Shown here: in pieces, positions 9,393-18,135 of the stretch
Numbering within the stretch: the first letter of the stretch is position 1
Layout of the letters: every line of letters starts with the position of its first letter
Assembly (NCBI GenBank): GCA_019637805.1
Contig: JAHBVB010000002.1
Coordinates: 263,981 to 327,980, forward strand
DNA length: 64,000 nucleotides
From: Anaerolineales bacterium
Lineage (GTDB): Bacteria > Chloroflexota > Anaerolineae > Anaerolineales > UBA11579
Reading direction: 5' to 3'
Program-made: the position numbers and the translations under genes
The notes under the pieces: generated by a model
The model's input: the letters and a program-made list of their open reading frames with translations, nothing else
Databases searched by the model: none
What the model was told of the DNA's origin: nothing

Positions 9393-10172
9393 ATGGACTT
9401 GATCTCTGCTTGGTTCCAAACCGGCGCGCTGCTGCTGGCCAGCGTTTTCCTGCTTTGGCTGCTCAGCCTGCGCCTGCGCGACGCCGGCATCATCGACAGT
9501 TTCTGGGGCCTGGGTTTCGTGCTCTCGGTCTGGGCCTATTTCGTCTGGCTGCCCGGCGGCCTGGCGGAGCGCAAATGGCTGCTGGCCGCCCTGGTCAGCA
9601 TGTGGGGCCTGCGCCTCTCAGCGCACATCACCTGGCGCAATTGGCGCCGCGGCGAAGACTTCCGCTATGCCAGCTGGCGAAAGGAGCACGGTCGCCGCTG
9701 GCCCTGGCGCAGCCTGTGGCAGGTGTTCATCCTGCAGGGCGCGCTGATCTGGCTGATCGGCCTGCCGCTGCTGGCCGCCCAGGCCAGTAGCGCGCCGCTC
9801 GGCTGGCTGGATGGGCTGGCCTTGGCCGCCTGGGCGCTCGGCTTCTACTTCGAAGCCGTCGGCGATTGGCAGTTGGCCCAGTTCAAACGCGACCCGGCCA
9901 ATAAGGGCAAGCTGCTCACCAGCGGGCTGTGGGCTTACACGCGCCACCCCAACTACTTTGGCGATGCGCTGCAGTGGTGGGCCTTTGGCCTGTTCGCCCT
10001 GGCCGGCGACGCCTGGTGGGCTCTGCTCAGCCCGCTGCTGATGAGCTGGCTGCTGCGCTATGTCTCCGGCGTGGCTATGCTGGAGAAGACGCTCAAGAAG
10101 CAAAAGCCCGGCTATGCCGGCTATGCCCGCCGCACCAACGCCTTCATCCCCTGGTTTCCCAAATCGGGTTGA
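9393..10172 (+). CDS. DUF1295 / steroid 5-alpha-reductase-like membrane protein
   Basis: Polytopic membrane protein with '[15 protein letters not shown]'. Confidence 0.7.
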   Translation: MDLISAWFQTGALLLASVFLLWLLSLRLRDAGIIDSFWGLGFVLSVWAYFVWLPGGLAERKWLLAALVSMWGLRLSAHITWRNWRRGEDFRYASWRKEHGRRWPWRSLWQVFILQGALIWLIGLPLLAAQASSAPLGWLDGLALAAWALGFYFEAVGDWQLAQFKRDPANKGKLLTSGLWAYTRHPNYFGDALQWWAFGLFALAGDAWWALLSPLLMSWLLRYVSGVAMLEKTLKKQKPGYAGYARRTNAFIPWFPKSG

Positions 10173-10220
10173 TAGAATGAGCCAGGCAGGAATGCCTGGA
10201 ATGACAAACGGAGGCATAAC

Positions 10221-10463
10221 ATGCTGGAAATTCGGCCAAACTGCGAATGCTGTAACAAAGATCTGTTGCCCAGTTCAGCGGAGGTCTACATCTGCTCATT
10301 TGAGTGCACGTTCTGTGCAGATTGCGCACAAGACAAACTGGACTTGGTGTGTCCCAATTGCGGTGGGGGCCTCGTGCACCGGCCCATCCGCCCGGCGCAC
10401 AAGCTGCTGGAGCACCCTGCGTCTACCCAACGCGTCTACAAGCCTGAGGGCTGCACATCTTAA
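10221..10463 (+). CDS. DUF1272-like cysteine-rich small protein
   Basis: 'CECCNKDL...CSFECTFCADC...CPNCGG' is a multi-CxxC pattern typical of DUF1272. Confidence 0.65.
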   Translation: MLEIRPNCECCNKDLLPSSAEVYICSFECTFCADCAQDKLDLVCPNCGGGLVHRPIRPAHKLLEHPASTQRVYKPEGCTS

Positions 10464-11179
10464 GGGAAGTGGATACGTGGGTGTCCCAACACACCTTCGA
10501 TGAACACCGCGATCAGGGCGATCATCGGCAGCGCCAGTAAGAAGGTTGCCGGCGCGCATAGCAGCTGCGCCAGCCAGCGGGCGGGCCGGGCGCCGCGCCG
10601 GCGCGGCAGGCTGTAGGCGGGCAGGTAGACCATCAGCCCATAGACGAAGCACCAGAACGGGAAAGCCAGCAACATGGCCCCGCTGCCGGCAAAGAGGGCT
10701 TCGCTGAGGGTGCCCACGGCGCCAAAGGCGATGAAGACGGTGAAAGGGGAGAGATCATAGCGCGCCAGCAAAAAGGCCAGGGCGATGAAATAGGGGATCA
10801 GGACCACCACACTGTGCAGTAGGATCACATCGAAGTAGTTGGTCGAGGCGGTGATATAGGCTTCGCCAATCGGCGCCCCAAACCAGGGCGCCAGGTTGGT
10901 CATGGAGACCGTGACCACTTCTTCCAGGCAGGCCAGCAGCGTAGCAAAAAGCACGAACTTCACGCGCCAGTCCAGCCGCATGGCCAGCACCCGCTGCCGC
11001 ACCTGGCGCCGCAAGCGCCACATCAGCCCGCCGCCGGCAATCACCCACAGCAGCACCAGCCCGCTGGCCATGCCCGCCACCGCCCGCTCCGCCGCGCTCT
11101 GGGCGCCAAGGCGCATCACGGCCAGGATCAACAGCGCCGCGGCGAACAGCAGGCCCAGAGTGACCTTCTTAGCGTTCAC
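10460..11179 (-). CDS. hypothetical polytopic membrane protein
   Basis: Long ORF with multiple hydrophobic helices and positive-inside loops. No family recognised. Confidence 0.55.
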   Translation of the reverse strand: MNAKKVTLGLLFAAALLILAVMRLGAQSAAERAVAGMASGLVLLWVIAGGGLMWRLRRQVRQRVLAMRLDWRVKFVLFATLLACLEEVVTVSMTNLAPWFGAPIGEAYITASTNYFDVILLHSVVVLIPYFIALAFLLARYDLSPFTVFIAFGAVGTLSEALFAGSGAMLLAFPFWCFVYGLMVYLPAYSLPRRRGARPARWLAQLLCAPATFLLALPMIALIAVFIEGVLGHPRIHFP

Positions 11180-11273
11180 CTACAAAGTCTACTCCGTGGA
11201 CTTTGTAAGCGTGCATGGTAAAATACGGCGCTCTGTTTGGAAGTGGCTGTTGTTATCTGTGGCTTGAAAATAG

Positions 11274-11372
11274 CTGCCGTTGCAACGGCAAAACAAAAGG
11301 GTGAAGCCCTTTACACAGCTTACAAACCAACCTGCCGTTGCTTCGCAACGGCAAAACAAAGGGCGAAGCCCT
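11274..11372 (+). repeat. Tandem duplicated double-hairpin unit immediately upstream of tRNA-Glu
   Basis: Unit 1 is 11274-11310 and unit 2 is 11332-11372. Both read CTGCCGTTGC..GCAACGGCAAAACAAA(A)GGG(T/C)GAAGCCCT. Each holds a GCCGTTGC/GCAACGGC stem and a GGGYGAAGCCC mini-hairpin. Confidence 0.8.
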
Positions 11373-11377
11373 TGTTA

Positions 11378-11450
11378 GCCCTCATCGTCTAGTGGCCTAG
11401 GACGTGGCCCTCTCAAGGCCAAAACCGGGGTTCGACTCCCCGTGGGGGCA
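11378..11450 (+). tRNA. tRNA-Glu (anticodon CUC)
   Basis: The 73-nt cloverleaf was folded by hand: acceptor GCCCTCA/TGGGGGC, D arm GTCT..GGAC, anticodon stem TGGCC/GGCCA with loop CTCTCAA, T arm CGGGG-TTCGACT-CCCCG, discriminator A. CCA is not encoded. Confidence 0.9.
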
Positions 11451-11455
11451 CAACC

Positions 11456-11489
11456 AAAAACGCCTCGCTGAACTTCAGCGAGGCGTTTT
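11456..11489. terminator. bidirectional intrinsic terminator
   Basis: A-run, then stem CGCCTCGCTG / CAGCGAGGCG, then T-run. It lies between the tRNA (+) and the convergent minus-strand gene. Confidence 0.8.
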
Positions 11490-11504
11490 GCTTTCCAAAT
11501 GCGG

Positions 11505-11873
11505 TCAGCGTACCAGGTCCAGGTAAGCCTGGTAGTCGCCGCGCATCATCACCAGGATGATCGGGATAACGATCGCCGCGATCAGCAGGTAACGTTTGCG
11601 CCAGCTGGTGTGCCAAAGGCTGCCGACGTTGAACAAGATCACGCCGATGCTCAGTACCCCGGCGCCCACATTGATTAGCGGTGAAAAGGTGTTGGAGACG
11701 CCCAGCAGCGGCAGCAGCAAGGGCACCACAATGTATTGCAGGGTGCAGCGGATGGCCGTCAGCAGGAAAGGCACCCCGATCACCAAGGTGCCGAACTGCA
11801 TGACTGGCGGCATCTCCTGCGCGTCTTGCTCATGGCGTACCTGGATCTGGTGGGGGGTGCTTGCTTGGCTCAT
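11505..11873 (-). CDS. hypothetical small membrane protein
   Basis: Start 'MSQAST' (CAT at 11871-11873). Three or four hydrophobic helices. No family recognised. Confidence 0.5.
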   Translation of the reverse strand: MSQASTPHQIQVRHEQDAQEMPPVMQFGTLVIGVPFLLTAIRCTLQYIVVPLLLPLLGVSNTFSPLINVGAGVLSIGVILFNVGSLWHTSWRKRYLLIAAIVIPIILVMMRGDYQAYLDLVR

Positions 11874-11938
11874 TTGTCCTCGCGTATTTTCAAGTTCCAA
11901 GCAATTATAGCTCAGCCTTTTCGACCGAGGTGCAGGTC

Positions 11939-11968
11939 TTGACAAACCGTTGAAAATCGTCTTACAAT
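11939..11968 (+). promoter_or_regulatory. near-consensus promoter TTGACA-18nt-TACAAT for the LacI-family gene
   Basis: TTGACA at 11939-11944 and TACAAT at 11963-11968. Confidence 0.55.
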
Positions 11969-11981
11969 GGGAACGCTCCCA
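11968..11981. promoter_or_regulatory. LacI-type palindromic operator O1 (TGGGAACGCTCCCA)
   Basis: 14-bp palindrome with one mismatch, abutting the -10 element. Confidence 0.55.
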
Positions 11982-12030
11982 ATATCTAGCGAAATCGAGA
12001 AGCGTTATCCCTATTTTTGCGTCTAAAGAC

Positions 12031-12044
12031 TGGGAGCGCTCCCA
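12031..12044. promoter_or_regulatory. LacI-type palindromic operator O2 (TGGGAGCGCTCCCA, perfect)
   Basis: Perfect 14-bp palindrome with a central CG, 15 nt upstream of the regulator's TTG start. Confidence 0.6.
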
Positions 12045-12058
12045 GAAATGAGTAGATT

Positions 12059-13054
12059 TTGAGCACGATCGAAGAAATCGCCAAAAAAGCCGGGGTGTCC
12101 CGCTCCACCGTCTCTCGGGTGATCAACAATGACCCGAATGTGAACGAGCAGACCCGCGAGCGGGTCCTGCAGGTGGTCACCTCCAACAACTACGTGCCCA
12201 ACCGCGCCGCCCGCAAGCTGGCCGGCGGGCGCACCGGCATTATTGGCCTGGTGATCCCCACCGGTGTCTCCCGCCTGTTTGTCGAGCCTTTCTTCCCCAT
12301 CCTGATCCAGAGCGTCACCAACCACTGCAATCGCCTCAATCGTTCCGTCATGTTTTGGTTGGGCGAGCCGGAGCATGAGCGCAGAAGCATTACCCAGATT
12401 CTCAGCAATGACCTCCTCGACGGGGTCATTGTTTCATCCCTCAAGGACCGTGACCCCATCGTGGAGGCCCTGCACAATTCGCAAGTGCCCTTTGTGCTGA
12501 TTGGCCGTTACCGCGAAAACCTGCCCATCAACTTTGTCGATATTGACAATGAGAAATGCACCCAAATGGCGGTGAATTATCTGATCCAGATCGGGCGCCG
12601 GCGGATCGCCACGATTACCGGCGTGTCGGACACGATGGTCAGCCGCGAGCGTTTGGATGGCTACCGCGCCACGCTGGCCAAGGCAGGCCTTCCGGTCGAC
12701 GAGAACCTGATCGCCGAGGGCGGCTTTGTGGAGGAGGGCGGCTACGCTGCCATGGCCAAGATCTTCCCGCACAAACCGGACGCGGTCTTCGCCACCAGCG
12801 ATGCGATGGCGGTCGGCGCCATTCGTTTTCTCAAAGAGCAGGGCGTGCGTGTTCCGCAGGATGTTGCTGTGGTCGGCTTCGATGATGTGCCGCTGGCCGC
12901 CAGCTACAAGCCGGCGCTCACCACCATCGCCCAGCCCATCGAAGAGCTGGGCCAGCATGCAGTGGACATGCTGATCACGCTGATCGAACAGCGTCCAAAA
13001 GAACTGCTCACTGAAGTACTGCCTTCGAATTTGATCATTCGGGAATCGGCCTAG
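12059..13054 (+). CDS. LacI family transcriptional regulator
   Basis: HTH 'STIEEIAKKAGVSRSTVSRVINN' plus a periplasmic-binding-fold effector domain. TTG start. Confidence 0.9.
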   Translation: MSTIEEIAKKAGVSRSTVSRVINNDPNVNEQTRERVLQVVTSNNYVPNRAARKLAGGRTGIIGLVIPTGVSRLFVEPFFPILIQSVTNHCNRLNRSVMFWLGEPEHERRSITQILSNDLLDGVIVSSLKDRDPIVEALHNSQVPFVLIGRYRENLPINFVDIDNEKCTQMAVNYLIQIGRRRIATITGVSDTMVSRERLDGYRATLAKAGLPVDENLIAEGGFVEEGGYAAMAKIFPHKPDAVFATSDAMAVGAIRFLKEQGVRVPQDVAVVGFDDVPLAASYKPALTTIAQPIEELGQHAVDMLITLIEQRPKELLTEVLPSNLIIRESA

Positions 13055-13078
13055 AAGATATGGGCCGATTCTTTTTTT
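13043..13078 (+). terminator. intrinsic terminator after the LacI gene
   Basis: Stem GAATCGGCC / GGCCGATTC followed by T7. It overlaps the stop codon. Confidence 0.75.
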
Positions 13079-13189
13079 GTATCCCTTTGACGACTATGGC
13101 TTTCGGGTAGAGGAGGTGATGACAACAGGCGAACCTATGTGTCTTACAGCAAAAAAACTCAGTGATTCACTCACTACACAAGAGGAGAA

Positions 13190-14647
13190 GTGAACATCAT
13201 GAAAAAGCAATTCCAAGTGTTGTTCTCGTTGCTGCTGGTTGGCGCATTCGTACTCGGCGCCTGTGCAGCTCCGGCCGCGGCTACATCCGCTCCGGCTGAA
13301 GAGACCAACGGAGAAGAAGAGACGGGGGTTCTGGAGCCCGTCGCAGAGGCACAGGCAGACCGTGTCCAAATTTACTGGTACATCGGCCTGGGCACTGGCG
13401 CCCAACCGGATCAGATCCCCAAGGAGCGCGAATGGGTGGAGAAGTTCAATGCCTCCCAGGACCGCATCCAGCTGATCATGATCGTGGTGGACAACCGCTT
13501 CGCGCGTGACAACCTGACCGCTCAGATCGCGGCGGGCAACGCGCCCGACATCGTCGGCCCGGTGGGCACCGAGGGTCGTGGCTTCTTCCCGGATGCCTTC
13601 CTCGATCTGCAGCCACTGGTGGACCAGTTCCAATACGACACCAGCGACATTGATCCGGCCTTCCTGGAGTTCTACAAGGACCAAGGCTCCCTGGTGGGGC
13701 TGCCGTTCGCCATCTTCCCGTCGGCCGTGTTCTACAACCGCGACCTGTTTGACGAAGCGGGCCTGGCCTATCCGCCGCACGAGGTTGGTGAACCCTACAC
13801 TCTGGATGGACAGGAAGTCGAGTGGAATTTCGACACCCTGGCTGAACTGGCCCGCCGTCTGACGGTGGACACCGCCGGTAACGATGCCACCAGCGCCGCT
13901 TTCGACGCCAGCAGCATCGCCCAGTATGGTTTCGACTTCCAATGGACCAAGGACAGCCCACGCTGGTTCAGCGCCTACTTTGAACCCTTCTACCCCGTCG
14001 CCGCTGACGGCACCGCCGTGCTCTCTGATGGCCAGGTGGAAGCGATCAACTGGTACTACGATGCCATGTGGGGCGCCCAGCCCTTCCTGCCCTCGCAGGC
14101 CGCTATGGATAGCGACCTGATCAGCGGCAACTCCTTCAGCTCCGGCAAGGTGGCCATGGGCCTCACTCACCTGTGGTACACCTGCTGTATCGACAAGACC
14201 TCTGTCCCCAACTGGGACGTGGCTGTGGTTCCGTCTCACAATGGCGTCACCACGGCCAAGATGCATGGTGACACGTTCGCCATCATGAACACCACCGCGC
14301 ATCCGGAAGAGGCCTTCGAGGTCTACAGCTACATGTTGGGTGAAGGCTCCGCTGACCTGTATGCCATCTATGGCGGTTTGCCTGCTCGCAGTTCGCAGCA
14401 GCAAGCTTTCTTCGATGGTCAGGCCGCCAACTTTGCCCCCAATGAAGTGGACTGGGACGTCTTCCTGAAGATGATTTCGTATCTGGAAGTCCCCGGCCAC
14501 GAGCTGGTGTTGCCCAATGTGGCCAAGTCGCACGATGCCTTCCTGCAGCTCGGCAGCGACCTGCGCAGCAACCCGGACTTGGACGTTAGCGCTCGCCTAA
14601 CTCAATTCCTGGCAGATCTCACGGCGATCTACCAGGAAGTCGAGTAG
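13190..14647 (+). CDS. sugar ABC transporter substrate-binding lipoprotein (family 1 SBP)
   Basis: Lipoprotein signal 'LLLVGAFVLGAC', SBP-sized, followed by two MalF/MalG-type permeases. ATG 13199 is an alternative start. Confidence 0.85.
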   Translation: MNIMKKQFQVLFSLLLVGAFVLGACAAPAAATSAPAEETNGEEETGVLEPVAEAQADRVQIYWYIGLGTGAQPDQIPKEREWVEKFNASQDRIQLIMIVVDNRFARDNLTAQIAAGNAPDIVGPVGTEGRGFFPDAFLDLQPLVDQFQYDTSDIDPAFLEFYKDQGSLVGLPFAIFPSAVFYNRDLFDEAGLAYPPHEVGEPYTLDGQEVEWNFDTLAELARRLTVDTAGNDATSAAFDASSIAQYGFDFQWTKDSPRWFSAYFEPFYPVAADGTAVLSDGQVEAINWYYDAMWGAQPFLPSQAAMDSDLISGNSFSSGKVAMGLTHLWYTCCIDKTSVPNWDVAVVPSHNGVTTAKMHGDTFAIMNTTAHPEEAFEVYSYMLGEGSADLYAIYGGLPARSSQQQAFFDGQAANFAPNEVDWDVFLKMISYLEVPGHELVLPNVAKSHDAFLQLGSDLRSNPDLDVSARLTQFLADLTAIYQEVE

Positions 14648-14732
14648 TCGAGGTCTTTCCCCTTGGATAGCCTGGCAGGCTGGGCTTTTGCTCAGCCTGC
14701 CAGGCACCTGCTGCTTGGTTTTTCGAGGTACC

Positions 14733-15680
14733 ATGGAAAACACCCAAACGATTTCGGCCGTGGAGAAGAAGAAAGCTCCGCGCAACAACCAACTTAAGCG
14801 AGAGATCCGTTGGGGCTGGCTCTTCCTCAGCCCCTGGTTGGTTGGCTTGCTTGTTTTCACTTTGTTGCCCACTGTGGCTTCTTTGATCTTTTCTTTCACC
14901 AGTTACAACCCAATTCAGCCCGACCAGATCAGATTCATTGGTCTGACCAACTATGCCCGCTTGTTCACCGACCCCTTCTTTGGGCAGGCCGTGGGCGTCA
15001 CGCTGCGCTTTGTTCTTATTTCCGTTCCTTTTTCCTTGATCATTCCTTTGGGTTTGGCCCTGCTGGTTAATTCGGAGTATCTGTTCGGCAAAAACCTCTA
15101 CCGTGCTTTGTTCTTCATGCCGTCCATGATCCCCGTAGCGGTCAATGTGATGGTCTGGCGCGGCATCATGAATTCCGAATCGGGCTGGTTGAACAAATTC
15201 CTGGGCTTCCTTAGCATTAGCGGCCCCAACTGGTTTCAAGACGAAGTTTGGGTGCTGCCGGCCCTGACCCTGATGGGGGTGTGGGGAGTGGGCAACGCCA
15301 TGATCATCATGCTGGCGGGCCTGCAGAACGTCCCCACGGAACTTTACGATGCCGCCAAGGTGGACGGCGCCACGGGCTGGCAGCGCTTTCGGCATGTGAC
15401 CCTGCCGCTCATCTCTCCGATCATCTTCTACCAATTGGTGCTCTCGTTGATCGGCACCTTTCAGTATTTCACGCAGGCCTACATTATTAGCAACGGTCGC
15501 GGCGACCCGAATGGGGCCACCATGTTCTACAACCTGTACCTATACCGCACGGCCTTCAATTTCCTCGATATGGGCTATGGCGCCACCCTGGCCTGGGTGA
15601 TGTTCGCCTTTGTGCTGCTGCTCACCATCTTCCTGTTCCGCACTCAGCAACGCTGGGTGTACTACGCCGGAGGCGAATAA
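14733..15680 (+). CDS. carbohydrate ABC transporter permease (MalF-like)
   Basis: EAA-loop region 'DAAKVDGATGWQRFRHVTLPLISP' and six TM segments. Confidence 0.88.
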   Translation: MENTQTISAVEKKKAPRNNQLKREIRWGWLFLSPWLVGLLVFTLLPTVASLIFSFTSYNPIQPDQIRFIGLTNYARLFTDPFFGQAVGVTLRFVLISVPFSLIIPLGLALLVNSEYLFGKNLYRALFFMPSMIPVAVNVMVWRGIMNSESGWLNKFLGFLSISGPNWFQDEVWVLPALTLMGVWGVGNAMIIMLAGLQNVPTELYDAAKVDGATGWQRFRHVTLPLISPIIFYQLVLSLIGTFQYFTQAYIISNGRGDPNGATMFYNLYLYRTAFNFLDMGYGATLAWVMFAFVLLLTIFLFRTQQRWVYYAGGE

Positions 15681-15681
15681 C

Positions 15682-16758
15682 ATGGCAGACCAAACCACGA
15701 ACTCGCCGCAAAACCCCAGGCTCTCTCTGAAGTGGCCTTCCAAACGCGTCCTGCCTTATCTGGGCATCTCGATCTTTGGACTGGCTATTTTGCTCTTGTT
15801 CTTAGCGCCTTTGGCTTACATGAGCCTGACTGCTTTCAAGACGCTCAATCAGGTGCGTGATCCGCACTCGCAATTGCTGCCCTCCAGCCCGGTCAATTTC
15901 ACGTATGAGGGCCGAGAATATCCGCTGCTCAACGTGCCCATGGAAGACGGTCTGCGCCAATTGGCCCTGGTCAAGCCCGGCCGTGAGGCCAGCGATTATG
16001 TCGACCCCGAGAATTTGGAAGCCGGCGTGTTTATGGTCGAGGGGCGCTGGCGCACTTTTGACCCGGTCTATGAGTTCGATCCCACCCTGGATAATTTCCC
16101 GCTTTCCTGGGCGCAGATCAACCTGGGTCGCCTGTTCCGCAATACCATTTTCATTGCCGTGGTCGGCACGCTGGGCACACTCATCTCGTCCATCCTGGTC
16201 GCTTATGGGTTTGCCCGCTTCCGCGTGCCTGGGGTCAACATCCTCTTCATCATCCTGATCTCGACCATCATTCTGCCTTTCCAGGTCAAGCTGATCCCCA
16301 CCTATATTTTCTTCCGCGCCATAGGTTGGGGCGGCACGTGGTGGCCGCTGATCGTGCCGCATTTCTTTGCCAACGCCTACAACGTGTTCCTGCTGCGCCA
16401 GTATTTCCGCTCGATCCCCAAAGATCTGGATGAGGCCGCCACCCTGGATGGAGCTTCGCCCTGGCAGGTGCTCTGGCATGTCATCATCCCGCAGTCCTAC
16501 CCGGCCATTCTGGCGGTGGGCTTGTTTCACTTCTTCTATGCCTGGAATGACTTTTTCGAGCCCCTGGTCTACCTGCAGGGCCGTGAGGATCTGTACACCA
16601 TTTCTATCGGCATGACCCAGTTCAACAACATTTTCGCCGTCCAGCCCGGTCTGGCCATGGCAGCATCGATGATGGCGATCGCCTTGCCGTTGATCATTTT
16701 CTTCCTGGCCCAGCGTGTGTTTGTGCAGGGCATCGTCATTACCGGCGTGGAGAAGTGA
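15682..16758 (+). CDS. carbohydrate ABC transporter permease (MalG-like)
   Basis: 'LDEAATLDGASPWQVLWHVIIPQSYP'. The ATG lies 1 nt after the upstream stop. Confidence 0.88.
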   Translation: MADQTTNSPQNPRLSLKWPSKRVLPYLGISIFGLAILLLFLAPLAYMSLTAFKTLNQVRDPHSQLLPSSPVNFTYEGREYPLLNVPMEDGLRQLALVKPGREASDYVDPENLEAGVFMVEGRWRTFDPVYEFDPTLDNFPLSWAQINLGRLFRNTIFIAVVGTLGTLISSILVAYGFARFRVPGVNILFIILISTIILPFQVKLIPTYIFFRAIGWGGTWWPLIVPHFFANAYNVFLLRQYFRSIPKDLDEAATLDGASPWQVLWHVIIPQSYPAILAVGLFHFFYAWNDFFEPLVYLQGREDLYTISIGMTQFNNIFAVQPGLAMAASMMAIALPLIIFFLAQRVFVQGIVITGVEK

Positions 16759-18125
16759 GTTTGACCCTTTTGCGCCTCCCCATCCTTGCCGGTCTGTGCG
16801 CCGCCCTCTCGCTGGCGGCCTGCGTTGGCCCGGCGCCTGCACCAGCCACGCAACCCGCTGTGGATGCCAGCCCGACTCCCGCGGCCTTGCCCACGTTCAC
16901 GCCGGCCGTCCCGGTAACACATGCCGGGCTGTATGTGGACGCCAGCCTGGAGCAGGGGCTGATCAGCCCAATGGTGTATGGCACCAACTACGGCCCCTGG
17001 CTGTTTGTCCCGCTGCAAATGCAGCCGGCCGTGGCGGAGGCCAACCTGGGGGTCATTCGCTACCCTGGGGGAAACTGGGGCGACCGCAATGACATGGATG
17101 AGTGGAACCTGGACCAGTACATTGCGCTCACCCGCCAGTTTGGCGCTGAGCCGTATATTCATGTGCGCTTGCTGAACGGCACGGCGGAAAAAGCCGCCGA
17201 GATCGTCCGGCTGCTGAATGTGGAAAAGGGCTACAACGTGCGCTACTGGTCGATCGGCAACGAGCCCAATCTGTTCGGGGATGGCTACGAGCCGGAGCAG
17301 TTTGTGCGCGAATGGCGCCAGTGGGCCGAGGCGATGCGCGCCGTGGATGCAGACATCATCCTGATCGGCCCCGAAGTCAACCAGTTTTATGCCAATCCCA
17401 CCCAACCGCACCAGCTTGAGCTGGAGCGCTGGATGGTCGAGTTCCTCAAAGCCAACGGCGACATGGTGGACGTGGTCTCCTTTCACCGCTACCCCTTCCC
17501 CAGCTCTCAGTTGGCTGGGCCGCCTTCGGCGGATGAGCTGCGTACGGCCTCGGCGGAATGGGATCAGCTCATCCCCTATGTGCGTGACCTGATTCGCCAG
17601 CACACCGGGCGCGATATTCCCGTGGCGGTGACAGAGGCCAACTCCAGCTGGGCAGCCAGCAGCGGTGGTGACACCACGCTCGATTCGCACCTCAACGCCA
17701 TCTGGTGGGGGGATGCCCTGGGCCGCATGATCCGCGGCGGGGCTTACATGGTCAATCAGTTTGCCCTGGCCGGCGATTTCGGCATGCTCACCAATTACGA
17801 TGTCCGCCCGATCTACCACGTCTATCAAATGTACAAGGCATTCGGCCAGGAGCGTCTGTATGCTTCCTCGGACGACCCCCTGGTCTCCATCTTTGCCTCC
17901 CGCCGTGCCGATGGTGCCCTGGTCCTGATGGTGATCAACCTGGCTGCAGAGGCCCGAGAAATGGCTCTGCAGATTGACTCTCTTGATTTGCCCGCGACGG
18001 CGGAGGTGACCTTGTTTGACAAAGATCACCCTGCCGAAGCGTTGACCCCGTTGCAGGTTAGCGAGGGGATCCGCCTGCAACTCACCCCCGAATCCATGCT
18101 TTTGCTGGTTTTGCCGGCGCCCTGA
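16755..18125 (+). CDS. secreted lipoprotein glycoside hydrolase, clan GH-A (family not assignable by eye)
   Basis: Signal 'LAGLCAALSLAAC', 'IRYPGGNWGD', acid/base-like 'WSIGNEPN' and nucleophile-like 'VAVTEANS'. The GTG start overlaps the permease stop (GTGA). Confidence 0.7.
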   Translation: MSLTLLRLPILAGLCAALSLAACVGPAPAPATQPAVDASPTPAALPTFTPAVPVTHAGLYVDASLEQGLISPMVYGTNYGPWLFVPLQMQPAVAEANLGVIRYPGGNWGDRNDMDEWNLDQYIALTRQFGAEPYIHVRLLNGTAEKAAEIVRLLNVEKGYNVRYWSIGNEPNLFGDGYEPEQFVREWRQWAEAMRAVDADIILIGPEVNQFYANPTQPHQLELERWMVEFLKANGDMVDVVSFHRYPFPSSQLAGPPSADELRTASAEWDQLIPYVRDLIRQHTGRDIPVAVTEANSSWAASSGGDTTLDSHLNAIWWGDALGRMIRGGAYMVNQFALAGDFGMLTNYDVRPIYHVYQMYKAFGQERLYASSDDPLVSIFASRRADGALVLMVINLAAEAREMALQIDSLDLPATAEVTLFDKDHPAEALTPLQVSEGIRLQLTPESMLLLVLPAP

Positions 18126-18135
18126 TCGACTGGTC

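Noticed and set aside
13094-14533. 479-aa ORF antisense to the sugar SBP gene. Similar long antisense or alternate-frame ORFs occur at 15802-16842, 16569-18176, 19390-20226, 20317-21411, 35603-36940, 36660-37622, 36958-37956, 38151-39173, 45469-46557, 47025-47876, 48218-49189, 50797-51999, 52232-53500, 55641-58112 and 59678-60709.
   Set aside because: All overlap genes with clear family motifs, and all show the biased Arg/Ala/Gly/Pro composition expected from the off-frames of GC-rich coding DNA.
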